Assembly (NCBI GenBank): GCA_964291315.2 | Contig: OZ219752.1 | Span: forward strand, 1-64,000 | Reading direction: 5' to 3' | Source of the DNA: Candidatus Poribacteria bacterium | Lineage (GTDB): Bacteria > Poribacteria > WGA-4E > WGA-3G | Length of the DNA: 64,000 nucleotides | Part shown: positions 20,251 through 31,849 of the stretch, piece after piece | How the letters are laid out: every line of letters starts with the position of its first letter | Position numbering within the stretch: position 1 is the first letter of the stretch | Made by a program: the position numbers and the translations under genes | Notes under the pieces: model-generated | Database searches by the model: none | What the model saw: the letters and a program-made list of their open reading frames with translations, nothing else | What the model was told of the DNA's origin: nothing

Positions 20251-21747
20251 TTACCACGGTGCCTGACGTTCAGGAAGTGGATCCACCGTCCACGCCATCC
20301 GATCTATGAGTCTTCCCTGCATTTCCAATTTAATAGATGCATAATCGGGAGAATCCCAAAGATTATTTGTTTCTTGGGGATCCGAGTTGAGGTCGTAGAG
20401 TTCTCCGTCTCCAGTTCCGTGAGCAACGACAATCTTATGGTGCCGGCTTCTCACCATTGTCGCATGCGCTGCGGGTTCACGATGCCAACCCATTGCGTTG
20501 TAATACTCACAATAGACATCATCACGGTGTGTACTTAACTCTTTTTTCCCATTGAGAAGTGACAAGAGGCTCTGCCCCTGAATGCCGGGATATCGTTCCA
20601 TGTTACTCGCTTCAAGCAGGGTGGGTGCGATATCCACCAATTCCACGAATGCTTCTGAACGTGCCCCACTATTCAGTATTCCGGGGCCAGAGATAAGCAG
20701 CGGTACGCGGACAGCTGGATCATAGAAATAGGGCCCCTTGAGATAAATGCCGTGGTCACCGAGCATCTCGCCATGGTCGGACGTGAAAATAACAATAGTA
20801 TTTTCACGTTGTCCGATCTCTTCTAGGAAGTTTAGCAGTCGCCCCACCTGTGTGTCAATGACATCTATCATCGCCCAATATGCGGCGCGTATCCACCGAT
20901 GATCCGCATCGGTCATGTTTTTGTAAGGATAGCCGGACATTCCACCGTAGGCCCCAGCATGGTCGATCCGTTGCCATATCGGCTTATTTTCAAGCTCGCT
21001 GTCAACATAGTTTGGGAGTGGTATATCATCAAGCACATCACGGTAGCGCTCGAGTGCCTCGAGTGGCGGGTCAAATGCATGGTGTGGGTCGAACATATTG
21101 AGAGAAAAAAGCCACGGTCGTTCAAAACGTTTAGCACTTCTTATAAACGACATTGCCCGCTCGACACACCACGTCGTTTGGCTGTGTGCCTCTGATGGAA
21201 TCACTTGGACGTATTCGGATTCTTGAAAGGGTCTTGTATCTCTATGCAGGTTTTTATCGCGTAACCACTGTGTATAGCCGTGGGCGAACCAAGCGTCATT
21301 TGGATCGTGGGACCAGAAAAACTGGTCGTAGCCATCATCAGTACGTGGCTCTGTTCCCTTGCAGACGTGTGGGTTGCAGGGCGCGAGGTGTAGTTTACCG
21401 GCTAAACCACACACGTACCCTGCATCATGGAACAGTTTCGTTACGAGTACCTCATCAGATGGAATTGCTTGTCCATTTTGTCTGCATCGTGTAGTACGCG
21501 GGTAACGTCCGGTGAGGAAGCTAGCACGACTCGGTGTGCAAACTGGACTTTGGGAATAGGCGTGTTCAAAAAGAACACCCTCTTGTGCGAGGCTGTTTAA
21601 ATTCGGTGTATGGACAAAGCTGTTGCCATAACAACCTAAAGAATCAAAGCGTTGTTGGTCGCTACAAATCCAGAGGATATTCGGTTGGTTGCTCACGCCT
21701 TTTCCTTTTTCAGGTTTTGCCTCATTTGATAGACACACTGCTAGCAC
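20251..21747 (-). CDS. Sulfatase (Cys-type, formylglycine-dependent)
   Basis: PNILWICSDQ, CTPSRAS..TG, GKLHL, FTSDHG, ELYDL..DP.E..NL. Confidence 0.92.
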   Translation of the reverse strand: MLAVCLSNEAKPEKGKGVSNQPNILWICSDQQRFDSLGCYGNSFVHTPNLNSLAQEGVLFEHAYSQSPVCTPSRASFLTGRYPRTTRCRQNGQAIPSDEVLVTKLFHDAGYVCGLAGKLHLAPCNPHVCKGTEPRTDDGYDQFFWSHDPNDAWFAHGYTQWLRDKNLHRDTRPFQESEYVQVIPSEAHSQTTWCVERAMSFIRSAKRFERPWLFSLNMFDPHHAFDPPLEALERYRDVLDDIPLPNYVDSELENKPIWQRIDHAGAYGGMSGYPYKNMTDADHRWIRAAYWAMIDVIDTQVGRLLNFLEEIGQRENTIVIFTSDHGEMLGDHGIYLKGPYFYDPAVRVPLLISGPGILNSGARSEAFVELVDIAPTLLEASNMERYPGIQGQSLLSLLNGKKELSTHRDDVYCEYYNAMGWHREPAAHATMVRSRHHKIVVAHGTGDGELYDLNSDPQETNNLWDSPDYASIKLEMQGRLIDRMAWTVDPLPERQAPW

Positions 21748-21926
21748 TATTATACTGGGCGCCGACGTACCAAATGAGAGATCAATCCCATCTCTTTTGA
21801 TTTCATTTATTCTGCTTTATGGCAAATTTTAGAATTACCTGGATGCTCTGTCCCTGCACCCCTTTCCAGTAACGGATGGAGTCTGGTGCAGGGAACCATA
21901 TGTCTAAAGAGTTTGGGAATCCAGCT

Positions 21927-22814
21927 CTATTTTGATGCTTTGAGCCTACCCCAAGTTGTCGTTAGTTTGCCTTGTGCCTCAACAGCGAGAAAATCTTCAA
22001 GGCCATCGTTCATAATAGCATTGACTTCTTCCTCTGTTAAACCGCGCTTCCATATATTCAGATCATCCATCAGTCCAGTGAAGGGTCTTTGGTTATCAAT
22101 ATTATACCCTACGCGTGCCCCATTGTCCCAGTCTGGGGCAATCCCTGTACCGACGAGTGCTTTTTGGTCACCGACATTCACACCGTTGATATAAAGCACA
22201 GCTTGTCCTGCTTCTCGGCTGAACGTGCCAGCGTAATGTATCCACTCATTGGCTTTATTTTTCCCTGCGCGGATATCGAATATCGTTGCGCCGCCAGGGC
22301 TCCGATTGAGCCATCGATAGTTTCCCTCGCCGCGAGCCTCCGGGTGGACGAGCCATGTATCATCGCCAGCCCGAGCATTAAAAAGCGCCATGTCAGCGAT
22401 CGCTTCAACGTTAATCCATGCCACAATGCTCATTCCTTCGGTTGGGATATCTTCAGGCTTGATATTGGGTCCATCAAGATCAAGAAAACTGCCGGATACG
22501 AAATGGGCTGCCTTACCAAATTTCCCATCCTCAGATTGCGTGACTTTTCCATTAATGGCACCGTCATAACCACGTCCAGACTTTTCAACAACGGTGTCCC
22601 CATCAAAATCCTCATAATCGAAATACAGGACTAAATCCGGATCCATAACCTCGGCGGATGCAGACTGCACTTCAAATAGTGCCACTTCTGTCGTGTGCAG
22701 ACAAAAAGCACACACCAAGGCCATGTATACAAAGCAGGAACGTAGTTTATAAGGTAATGTTGCAAATCGGAAATGCCGTTTCATTTTCAAAATCTCCTTT
22801 ATACATATACACAT
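21927..22814 (-). CDS. Secreted LamG-like jellyroll protein
   Basis: LVLYFDYE, GKFGKA, WIHYAGT, LYING, FTGLMDDL; tail AVEAQGKLTTTWGRLK. Confidence 0.85.
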   Translation of the reverse strand: MCICIKEILKMKRHFRFATLPYKLRSCFVYMALVCAFCLHTTEVALFEVQSASAEVMDPDLVLYFDYEDFDGDTVVEKSGRGYDGAINGKVTQSEDGKFGKAAHFVSGSFLDLDGPNIKPEDIPTEGMSIVAWINVEAIADMALFNARAGDDTWLVHPEARGEGNYRWLNRSPGGATIFDIRAGKNKANEWIHYAGTFSREAGQAVLYINGVNVGDQKALVGTGIAPDWDNGARVGYNIDNQRPFTGLMDDLNIWKRGLTEEEVNAIMNDGLEDFLAVEAQGKLTTTWGRLKASK

Positions 22815-22976
22815 ATACGGGTTGTCAATTTATTTTTTTACAGAAATTAGTCTTCTGTGTTTTAAAGTCTACCACTTTTCTAGTCGCATCTGCAAACGGA
22901 AATGGAAAAATCTTGATTTTAACTCTCTTTTGCGTTAAACTAATTCAAGACTAGAAAAAGAAAGATAAAAAATAAC

Positions 22977-23729
22977 GTGTTCCGATGGAGCGTAAGATTG
23001 CAAAGCATAGGAATTATTCCGGCGCGTTACGCCTCAAGCCGTTTTGAGGGAAAGCTGTTGGCAAATCTGCTGGGGAAGCCGATGGTCCAACATGTCTACG
23101 AAAGCGCGTGTCGTGCTAAAAGACTGAATGAAGTTATTGTCGCTACAGACAACCAACAAATATACGATGTGGTAACCAAATTCGGCGGGAACGCCCAAAT
23201 GACGGGCCCGTGCGCCACTGGCACTGAGCGAGTTGCTGTTGTCACCGAACAATTAACATGTGATATTGTTGCTAACATCCAAGGTGATGAACCGCTGCTT
23301 GAACCTGTGCAGATTGACATAATGCTACAACCTTTCATTGACAGACCGGAAGTACAAGTCTGTACACTAAAACAGCGGATTGAAATAAGTAGAGACTACT
23401 CGGATGTTAACGTTGTTAAAGTTGTTACAAACCTCCAGGGCGACGCTCTATATTTTTCACGGGCATCTATGCCTGGAAGAATCGATGTAGAGGAAATACA
23501 CAAATTTCCGGTATATCGACATGTAGGTTTGTATGCCTACCGCCGAGAGCAACTGCTTGCATTCACAAAGTGGAACGCCACGCCTTATGAACTTGCCGAG
23601 GGCTTAGAACAACTCCGCTTCTTAGAACACGGTGTCAATATTCATGTCGTCGAGACTGACATGCCCCTTATTGGGGTTGATGTTCCGGCAGATCTTGAGC
23701 GGGTGAAACAAATTTTAGGAACAGGATAA
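22977..23729 (+). CDS. kdsB: 3-deoxy-manno-octulosonate cytidylyltransferase
   Basis: IIPARYASSRF.GK, NIQGDEP, ALYFSR, HVGLYAYR, EGLEQLRFL. Confidence 0.95.
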   Translation: MFRWSVRLQSIGIIPARYASSRFEGKLLANLLGKPMVQHVYESACRAKRLNEVIVATDNQQIYDVVTKFGGNAQMTGPCATGTERVAVVTEQLTCDIVANIQGDEPLLEPVQIDIMLQPFIDRPEVQVCTLKQRIEISRDYSDVNVVKVVTNLQGDALYFSRASMPGRIDVEEIHKFPVYRHVGLYAYRREQLLAFTKWNATPYELAEGLEQLRFLEHGVNIHVVETDMPLIGVDVPADLERVKQILGTG

Positions 23730-23801
23730 GGAGTAGACACCAAGGCAGGCAGAGAGGTAGGACGCTACATTGCAGACAGGAATTTGCGAACACTTTCCTA
23801 A

Positions 23802-25493
<1,692 letters not shown>

Positions 25494-25784
25494 AAAAGCA
25501 AAATTTATCCTAAGAGACTAGAACCATTAAGGGTACAAGATCCACATTTGAAACCCAAGACGAGTATTAGCCTGCTAAATCGAATGTGGATGCAAACCTC
25601 AAATTTGAAACTACCGATAACCATTAAATATAGTAAGGTTTAGCATTAATTGGACAGGCTGCATCGATGCTTTTCCCAGGAGGCACTTTCCTGCAAAGGG
25701 TGGAAACTCCGATATAGGAAACCTCGCCTACCGCTGGGCGAAAGCATCTATACTTTAGTATAAATTATAAAGCGGAGAACATTC

Positions 25785-27044
25785 ATGAATAACACCTTTA
25801 CAGTTCATTCCGGAGCATGGTATGGGGATAAAACGTTGAATTTGAACTTCCCAGGGAGCTGGGAGGTTGAGATATTGGGGCCGAAAGACGCACCTGCGCT
25901 CACTGATGCCCAAATCAAACAGGCTTTCGCCGAACCAATCGGCACCCTGCCAATTTCAGTACTCGCGAAAGGCAAGAAAAGCGCTGCTATTATTGTGGAT
26001 GATCTCAGTCGGCCGACTCCGGCGGCAACGATCATACCGTTCTTGCTACATGAGCTAACCGCAGCGGGGATCCCAAAATCTGAGACCCGATTCGTTGTTG
26101 GAGGCGGATCCCACAGACCTTTGACGAACGAAGAAATCGCTAAAAAAATTGGAGCCGACGTTGCCGCAGAATATGAAGCAACCAGCCACGATTTTATGAG
26201 CGGGGACCTGCGCGCATTAGGAAATCTTGATAACGGTATGCCGATCTACCTGAATCGCGTCGTTGTAGATGCGGATTTCAAAATCTGTCTGGGGGGCATT
26301 TACCCACACGGCTCTGTCGGATTCGGCGGCGGCGCGAAATTGATCGTCCCCGGCATCGCAGGTTTCGCAACAATGTTCTATTTCCACTCCTTCTCGCCAA
26401 GTCGTGGACATGCCGTTATTGAAAGAAGAGACAGTGAACCTGATCATCGCGATTTTTCTGAGGCCGTGGCACGGATACTCGGTCTTGATGTAATTGCCAA
26501 TGTTGTGCTTAACAAACGGCGTGACATCTGTGGTTTGTTTGTTGGTGATTTTGTGCAGGCGCATCGTAAAGGGGCACACTTCGCCTTGGAGACTTACGGC
26601 ACCGAAATACCGGAAACAAGTCGAAAAGAGACAGACCTCGTTGTGCTAAACTGCTATCCGCTTGATAGCGACCCGATCCAGACAGGCAAAGCGCTCTGGG
26701 CAGCGCGTTATTTTGACAAGGCGTATAAGATAGCGCTTAACCCGGCAAGCGACGGTATCTGCTATCACGGGCTGTTTGAACAAATCGATTATGCCCGTTT
26801 CATACAACAGCGGTCGGAGCAGACCGAATCTGAGCTTCCTTCACCAGAACTTGGATCGCAAGATCAGCTGCACGTCTGGTCTGAACACTTTTCCGTGGAT
26901 GATTTCTACAAGAAGCATCCAGGCGCACGCCTCTTCCGAGATCTCGATGAACTGATCAACCTGTTTGCTGAGAAACTTCCGCCAGACGCTAAGGTTGCTG
27001 TGCTGCCAGCGGCCGGAATTCAGGTTTTAGCGCAGGGACAATAG
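25785..27044 (+). CDS. LarA-like (lactate racemase N-domain, DUF2088) protein
   Basis: PIG..., IIVDDLSRPTP, GSHRP, PH..VGFGGGAKLIVPGIAG. Confidence 0.8.
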   Translation: MNNTFTVHSGAWYGDKTLNLNFPGSWEVEILGPKDAPALTDAQIKQAFAEPIGTLPISVLAKGKKSAAIIVDDLSRPTPAATIIPFLLHELTAAGIPKSETRFVVGGGSHRPLTNEEIAKKIGADVAAEYEATSHDFMSGDLRALGNLDNGMPIYLNRVVVDADFKICLGGIYPHGSVGFGGGAKLIVPGIAGFATMFYFHSFSPSRGHAVIERRDSEPDHRDFSEAVARILGLDVIANVVLNKRRDICGLFVGDFVQAHRKGAHFALETYGTEIPETSRKETDLVVLNCYPLDSDPIQTGKALWAARYFDKAYKIALNPASDGICYHGLFEQIDYARFIQQRSEQTESELPSPELGSQDQLHVWSEHFSVDDFYKKHPGARLFRDLDELINLFAEKLPPDAKVAVLPAAGIQVLAQGQ

Positions 27045-27048
27045 AATA

Positions 27049-27615
27049 ATGGACGATTTTTCGACAGTAAGCCCTAAGAATCAGCAAAACCCACGCAAAG
27101 ACATCTCCATCCTCCACAGTATCAACACCGCTCTCGGCAAAGTTGAGACGAGTTTGCTGTGCCTCATTGTGGCAATGATGCTTGCACTTGCAGTACTTAA
27201 AATCGTCTTGCGTTATGGGTTTCAAACAAGCCTGCTGTGGAGCGATATAATGCTTCAGCACATGACGCTCTGGTTGTGTTTTTTAGGTGCTGCGCTCGCT
27301 ACTTGTGAGAAACGACACATCAGGATTGATGTCCTCAACCGAATTCTTCCCGAAAACATCACACGTTGGAGTAATTTGGCTGTTGACTGCCTCGCTTTGA
27401 TTGTCGTTGGAATCTTGGCATACTATGGTTTTGATTTCCTCGGCGATGAACAGTCAAGTGAAGCTGTATTGATTGGCAACGTCCCGCTCTGGTGGGCAAA
27501 GAGCATTATCCCAGCTGGGTTTGTCCTTATCGGAATCCACTTAGCTCTTCAGATTTGCATCCGTTTAGCAAGTATTGAGCAGCCTCTAGATGTTAGCAAC
27601 GGAGGACCGGGCTAA
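27049..27615 (+). CDS. dctQ: TRAP transporter small permease
   Basis: Four TM segments, LW..FLGAALA....HIRIDV. Confidence 0.85.
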   Translation: MDDFSTVSPKNQQNPRKDISILHSINTALGKVETSLLCLIVAMMLALAVLKIVLRYGFQTSLLWSDIMLQHMTLWLCFLGAALATCEKRHIRIDVLNRILPENITRWSNLAVDCLALIVVGILAYYGFDFLGDEQSSEAVLIGNVPLWWAKSIIPAGFVLIGIHLALQICIRLASIEQPLDVSNGGPG

Positions 27616-28901
27616 TGGGGATAATAATCGGTATAGGATTGGTAGGCTTCGCGCTTTTCGGCGGCGCACTCTTCGCCCTATTAGCCGGGGCATCTATTAT
27701 CGGTTACCTTACAGCAGGCGAACCGATTTCAACGATCCTTATCGACCTCAATCGGCTCACAAGAAATTCGACGATCCTAATTATTCCGCTCTTCACATTT
27801 GCCGGATATGTAATTGCTGAAGGGAACGCCCCGCAGCGATTGATCGCGTTCGCGCGGGCAAGTGTCGGCTGGCTGCCCGGTGGGGTTGCCGTGGTTGTTC
27901 TGGGCACTTGCGCCTTCTTCACAACTTTCACAGGCGCGTCGGGTGTAACGATTATCGCCCTCGGAGGGTTGTTATATCCGATTTTGCGTCAGAGTTACCC
28001 TGAAAGGTTTTCGCTCGGTTTGGTAACCGCGTCTGGAAGTATCGGACTTCTGTTTCCGCCGTGTGTGCCGCTTATTCTTTACGCGATTATCGCCCAGGTT
28101 CCTATTGAGAGGATGTTCCTCGCAGGTATTATTCCCGGTCTGCTTATTCTCGGTGTTCTGAGCCTTTACTGTTGCGGGTGGAGCGTTATCAAACGGACTG
28201 AGACAACCCCGTTCAATAAGGCCGTTTTCACCCGAACGCTGTGGGCTGTGAAATGGGAATTGTTGTTACCGCTTCTAGTGCTAGGCGGAATCATCTCAGG
28301 AAAAGTGACACTTGACGAAGCAGCCGCGCTAACGGTTATCTACGCCTGTATCGTGGAAATTGGCATCCACCGTTCTGTTTCCGTAAAAATCCTTCCGCGC
28401 ATCGTCAAGGAGAGTATGCTGCTTGTGGGCGCAATTCTCATTATCCTCGGCACTGCGTTAGGATTAACAAACTATCTCATCACGCTCGATGTACCTACAA
28501 TTGTCCTCGACTGGATTCAAGCAATAACAGAAAATCGTGTTGTTACACTCATCGGGCTCAATATCTTTCTTCTGATTGTCGGATGTTTGATGGACATTTT
28601 TTCGGCGGTTATTATCGTTGTGCCGTTGCTGCTGCCGATTGCTGAACAATTTGGGATCGACAAAGCACACCTGGGCATCATCGTCCTGACGAACCTCGAA
28701 ATCGGTTACCTGACACCACCGGTCGGAATGAACCTATTCATCTCAAGTATGAAGTTTGAGCGGTCAATCGTTGTGCTCTACCGGTCAGTATTTCTGTTTA
28801 TTGTGTTGTTACTGATAGCGTTGGTGCTGGTGACCTACATTCCAGATTTGAGTCTCTGGCTGCCGCGGACTTTAGGAAAAATACCGGAACCGCTTCTTTA
28901 G
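27615..28901 (+). CDS. dctM: TRAP transporter large permease
   Basis: IPLFTFAG, GSIGLLFPP, EIGYLTPPVGMNLF. Confidence 0.9.
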   Translation: MGIIIGIGLVGFALFGGALFALLAGASIIGYLTAGEPISTILIDLNRLTRNSTILIIPLFTFAGYVIAEGNAPQRLIAFARASVGWLPGGVAVVVLGTCAFFTTFTGASGVTIIALGGLLYPILRQSYPERFSLGLVTASGSIGLLFPPCVPLILYAIIAQVPIERMFLAGIIPGLLILGVLSLYCCGWSVIKRTETTPFNKAVFTRTLWAVKWELLLPLLVLGGIISGKVTLDEAAALTVIYACIVEIGIHRSVSVKILPRIVKESMLLVGAILIILGTALGLTNYLITLDVPTIVLDWIQAITENRVVTLIGLNIFLLIVGCLMDIFSAVIIVVPLLLPIAEQFGIDKAHLGIIVLTNLEIGYLTPPVGMNLFISSMKFERSIVVLYRSVFLFIVLLLIALVLVTYIPDLSLWLPRTLGKIPEPLL

Positions 28902-29165
28902 AAGTGAATGTGGGGGTTTACAAAAGGCTAGAAGGACAAAAATAAAAAGTCTGATTCAATTGGTGTTAGCGTTGTTACCTGAAACCCCAAACGGATACTC
29001 GATGAACACGGGGGCGCGTTGAAATTGAAAACGTTCAGTGTGAAGGGACGACAGTTTTGATGTAGTTGCCGGTGCAGGGTTGAATGTTGGTATAAAGTTT
29101 GGTGCCTGTTTATGTTGTGCTACGGGCCCTCTCCTAAGTCGGACGTAGGAATTATAGTTCACACG

Positions 29166-29257
29166 CTTGGCATCTATTGTGCCGTCGGAAATCGGAGTTT
29201 CCTCCTGCAGGCAGTAGATAAGAGGGGCGTGGTAGCTGTCAGCAGAAGCCTACCTGC
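29166..29257. repeat. Cassette-flanking direct repeat R1 (copies R2 30322-30395, partial; R3 31465-31556)
   Basis: 92 bp, CTTGGCATCTATTGTG...CAGAAGCCTACCTGC; R1 and R3 differ at 2 positions; R2 lacks about 29 internal bp. Confidence 0.92.
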
Positions 29258-29312
29258 CCATCATGCCCTGAGAGTATATTTTTCACATATCAGATGTTAA
29301 CCAATAAAGGAT

Positions 29313-30176
29313 TCAAGGGGATACAGACCTCGCACAACGAAAACCGAGGAAGTCGTAGATCGCGAAGGACGGCGTAACGTAGTCGCGGCTGGCGACCCGC
29401 ACGACCTGCGCTGTATTGATCCAGGAGCCGCCACGCAACACGCGGGACGAATCAACACCTGTATATTTATCTAATAACCGCTTAATGTCGGGTGCACCTG
29501 ACAGCGGATTAGAGACTGGGGAAATAGTATAGAAGTTCCCATTATACACATCCAGACACCACTCCCAGACATTCCCCGCCATATCATAGAGACCATACCC
29601 ATTCGCTGGATACGCACCCACTGCAGTCGTCCCACCGACAATTCTGCCGTAGTTCGCCTGTGTGCTGCTAATCGTGTTTCCCCAGGGATACTTCAGCCCC
29701 GACCTGCCGCCGCGTGCGGCTTTCTCCCACTCCGCCTCTGTAGGCAGCCGTTTGCCTGCCCACTTCGCATATGCCACAGCAGCATACCAACCCACCTCAA
29801 CAGCAGGATGATTCGCCTTGCCCGCAGGGTAGTTGTTATCATCATCCCAATAATGTAGGTAGTACCCATTGTGTAAGTTGCGTGGAATCCGGCTCTTCTG
29901 CCACTGTGGGTTCGCCAACACAAACCGCTGGAAGTCCGCATTCGTCACTTCATGCGTGTCTATGTAGAAGGCATCCACATGGACGGTATGAATGGGCCGC
30001 TCATTCGTGTGAGAGTCTGCATCGTTGCTGCCCATCTCAAACTCGCCCGCAGGGATCAACACCATGCCCGCAGGAGCGGTGTCCTCCCGAGTTCCGTTAT
30101 CTGTCTCTTCCGCTTGGAGGCAGCTACAGAGAGCGACACTCAGTAAAGCAACAATCGTCAACTTCCATTTAGACAT
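29313..30176 (-). CDS. DGR target 1: lipoprotein with FGE-sulfatase (CLec-fold) domain
   Basis: Lipobox-like ALCSC, MVLIPAGEF.MGS, KRLPTEAEWEKAARGG, NGYGLYDMAGNVWEW, RGGSW...GFRC. Confidence 0.93.
   Translation of the reverse strand: MSKWKLTIVALLSVALCSCLQAEETDNGTREDTAPAGMVLIPAGEFEMGSNDADSHTNERPIHTVHVDAFYIDTHEVTNADFQRFVLANPQWQKSRIPRNLHNGYYLHYWDDDNNYPAGKANHPAVEVGWYAAVAYAKWAGKRLPTEAEWEKAARGGRSGLKYPWGNTISSTQANYGRIVGGTTAVGAYPANGYGLYDMAGNVWEWCLDVYNGNFYTISPVSNPLSGAPDIKRLLDKYTGVDSSRVLRGGSWINTAQVVRVASRDYVTPSFAIYDFLGFRCARSVSP
29326..29447 (-). repeat. Variable repeat VR1
   Basis: Matches TR with about 19 adenine substitutions, one G>C change and one extra NNC codon; identical to VR2. Confidence 0.92.
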
Positions 30177-30450
30177 GTTTCACCTCGTTTCATGCGTTGA
30201 TTGTTAGATTGTCCACACCTGACATAGCGGGAGTGGTGTAAAATAGAGTTAAGTTACACAACCCAGCAGGTTATGCAACAAGGCACTGCCGTCGCCTTAC
30301 CGTTATGATTATTATAGCAGACTTGGCATCTATGCAGGCAGCATGTCAGCAGTAGATAAGAGGGGCGTGGTAGCTGTCAGCAGAAGCCTACCTGCCCATC
30401 ATGCCCTGAGAGTATATTTTTCACATATCAGATGTTAACCAATAAAGGAT

Positions 30451-31320
30451 TCAAGGGGATACAGACCTCGCACAACGAAAACCGAGGAAGTCGTAGATCG
30501 CGAAGGACGGCGTAACGTAGTCGCGGCTGGCGACCCGCACGACCTGCGCTGTATTGATCCAGGAGCCGCCACGCAACACGCGGGACGAATCAACACCTGT
30601 ATATTTATCTAATAACCGCTTAATGTCGGGTGCACCTGACAGCGGATTAGAGACTGGGGAAATAGTATAGAAGTTCCCATTATACACATCCAGACACCAC
30701 TCCCAGACATTCCCCGCCATATCATAGAGACCATACCCATTCGCTGGATACGCACCCACTGCAGTCGTCCCACCGACAATTCTGCCGTAGTTCGCCTGTG
30801 TGCTGCTAATCGTGTTTCCCCAGGGATACTTCAGCCCCGACCTGCCGCCGCGTGCGGCTTTCTCCCACTCCGCCTCTGTAGGCAGCCGTTTGCCTGCCCA
30901 CTTCGCATACGCCACAGCAGCATACCAACTCACATTCACCACGGGATGGTTCGCCTTGCCCGCAGGATAGTTGTTATCATCATCCCAATCATATAGGTAG
31001 TACCCATTGTGTAAGTTGTCCGGAATCCGGCTCTTCTGCCACTGCGGGTTTGCCAACACAAAACGCTGGAAGTCCAAATTCGTCACTTCATGTGTGTCCA
31101 TATAAAACGCATCCACATAGACGGTATGAACCGGCTGCTCATCCGGGGCCGGGAAAGAATCCGCGTCGTTGCTGCCCATCTGAAACTCGCCCGCAGGGAT
31201 CAACACCATGCTCGCAGGAGCGGTGTCCTCCCGAGTTCCGTTATCTGTCTCTTTTGCTTGGAGGCAGCTACAGAGAGCGACACTCAGTAAAGCAACAATC
31301 GTCAATTTCCATTTAGACAT
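30451..31320 (-). CDS. DGR target 2: lipoprotein with FGE-sulfatase (CLec-fold) domain
   Basis: Tandem paralog of target 1 (1138-bp offset) with the same motifs. Confidence 0.93.
   Translation of the reverse strand: MSKWKLTIVALLSVALCSCLQAKETDNGTREDTAPASMVLIPAGEFQMGSNDADSFPAPDEQPVHTVYVDAFYMDTHEVTNLDFQRFVLANPQWQKSRIPDNLHNGYYLYDWDDDNNYPAGKANHPVVNVSWYAAVAYAKWAGKRLPTEAEWEKAARGGRSGLKYPWGNTISSTQANYGRIVGGTTAVGAYPANGYGLYDMAGNVWEWCLDVYNGNFYTISPVSNPLSGAPDIKRLLDKYTGVDSSRVLRGGSWINTAQVVRVASRDYVTPSFAIYDFLGFRCARSVSP
30464..30585 (-). repeat. Variable repeat VR2
   Basis: Encodes SRVLRGGSWINTAQVVRVASRDYVTPSFAIYDFLGFRCAR; aligned to TR by hand. Confidence 0.92.
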
Positions 31321-31519
31321 GTTTCACCTCATTTCATGCGTTGATTGTTAGGGTGCCCACACCTGCATAGCGGGAGTGGCGTAAAATGGAGTTAAGTTAC
31401 ACAACTCAGCAGGTTATGCTACAAGGCACTGCCGTCGCCCCACCGCTATGACTATTATAGCATACTTGGCATCTATTGTGCCGTCGGAAATCGGAGTTTC
31501 CTCCTGCAGGCAGTAGATA

Positions 31520-31730
31520 AGTGGGGCGTGATAGCTGTCAGCAGAAGCCTACCTGCTACCACGCCCCGGATTGTATCTTTGGCTCATCTCCACAAAACGG
31601 AGAGGAACACAGGGCCCAAGCCTTGGACTCTTCACGGGTGCACGCTTGATAGGACCCAGCTACATCCGAGGCCTATCAACTCTGGCAATCTGGTCCGAAC
31701 GACTTATCATCATCACAGACCTTTCAAAGG
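31520..31730 (-). ncRNA. Probable DGR RNA spacer downstream of TR
   Basis: No convincing ORF; inverted repeats TTGATAGG/CCTATCAA (31646-31679) and GGGGCGTGATAGC/GCTACCACGCCCC (31523-31567). Position matches the spacer needed for priming in the Bordetella BPP-1 DGR. Confidence 0.55.
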
Positions 31731-31849
31731 GTCTTCGCACAACGAAAACCGTTGTTGTTGTTCGTGTTCGTTGGCGTATTGTTGTTGCGGTTGGCGACCC
31801 GCACGTTCTGTGCTGTATTGTTCCAGGAGCCGCCACGCAACACGCGGGA
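31731..31849 (-). ncRNA. DGR template repeat (TR)
   Basis: Minus strand: TCC CGC GTG TTG CGT GGC GGC TCC TGG AAC AAT ACA GCA CAG AAC GTG CGG GTC GCC AAC CGC AAC AAC AAT ACG CCA ACG AAC ACG AAC AAC AAC AAC GGT TTT CGT TGT GCG AAG AC; 12 AAY codons; about 70 bp downstream of RT. Confidence 0.96.

Noticed and set aside
29166-31556. Repeats as a CRISPR array
   Set aside because: The repeats are about 90 bp, separated by whole genes, and there are no cas genes.
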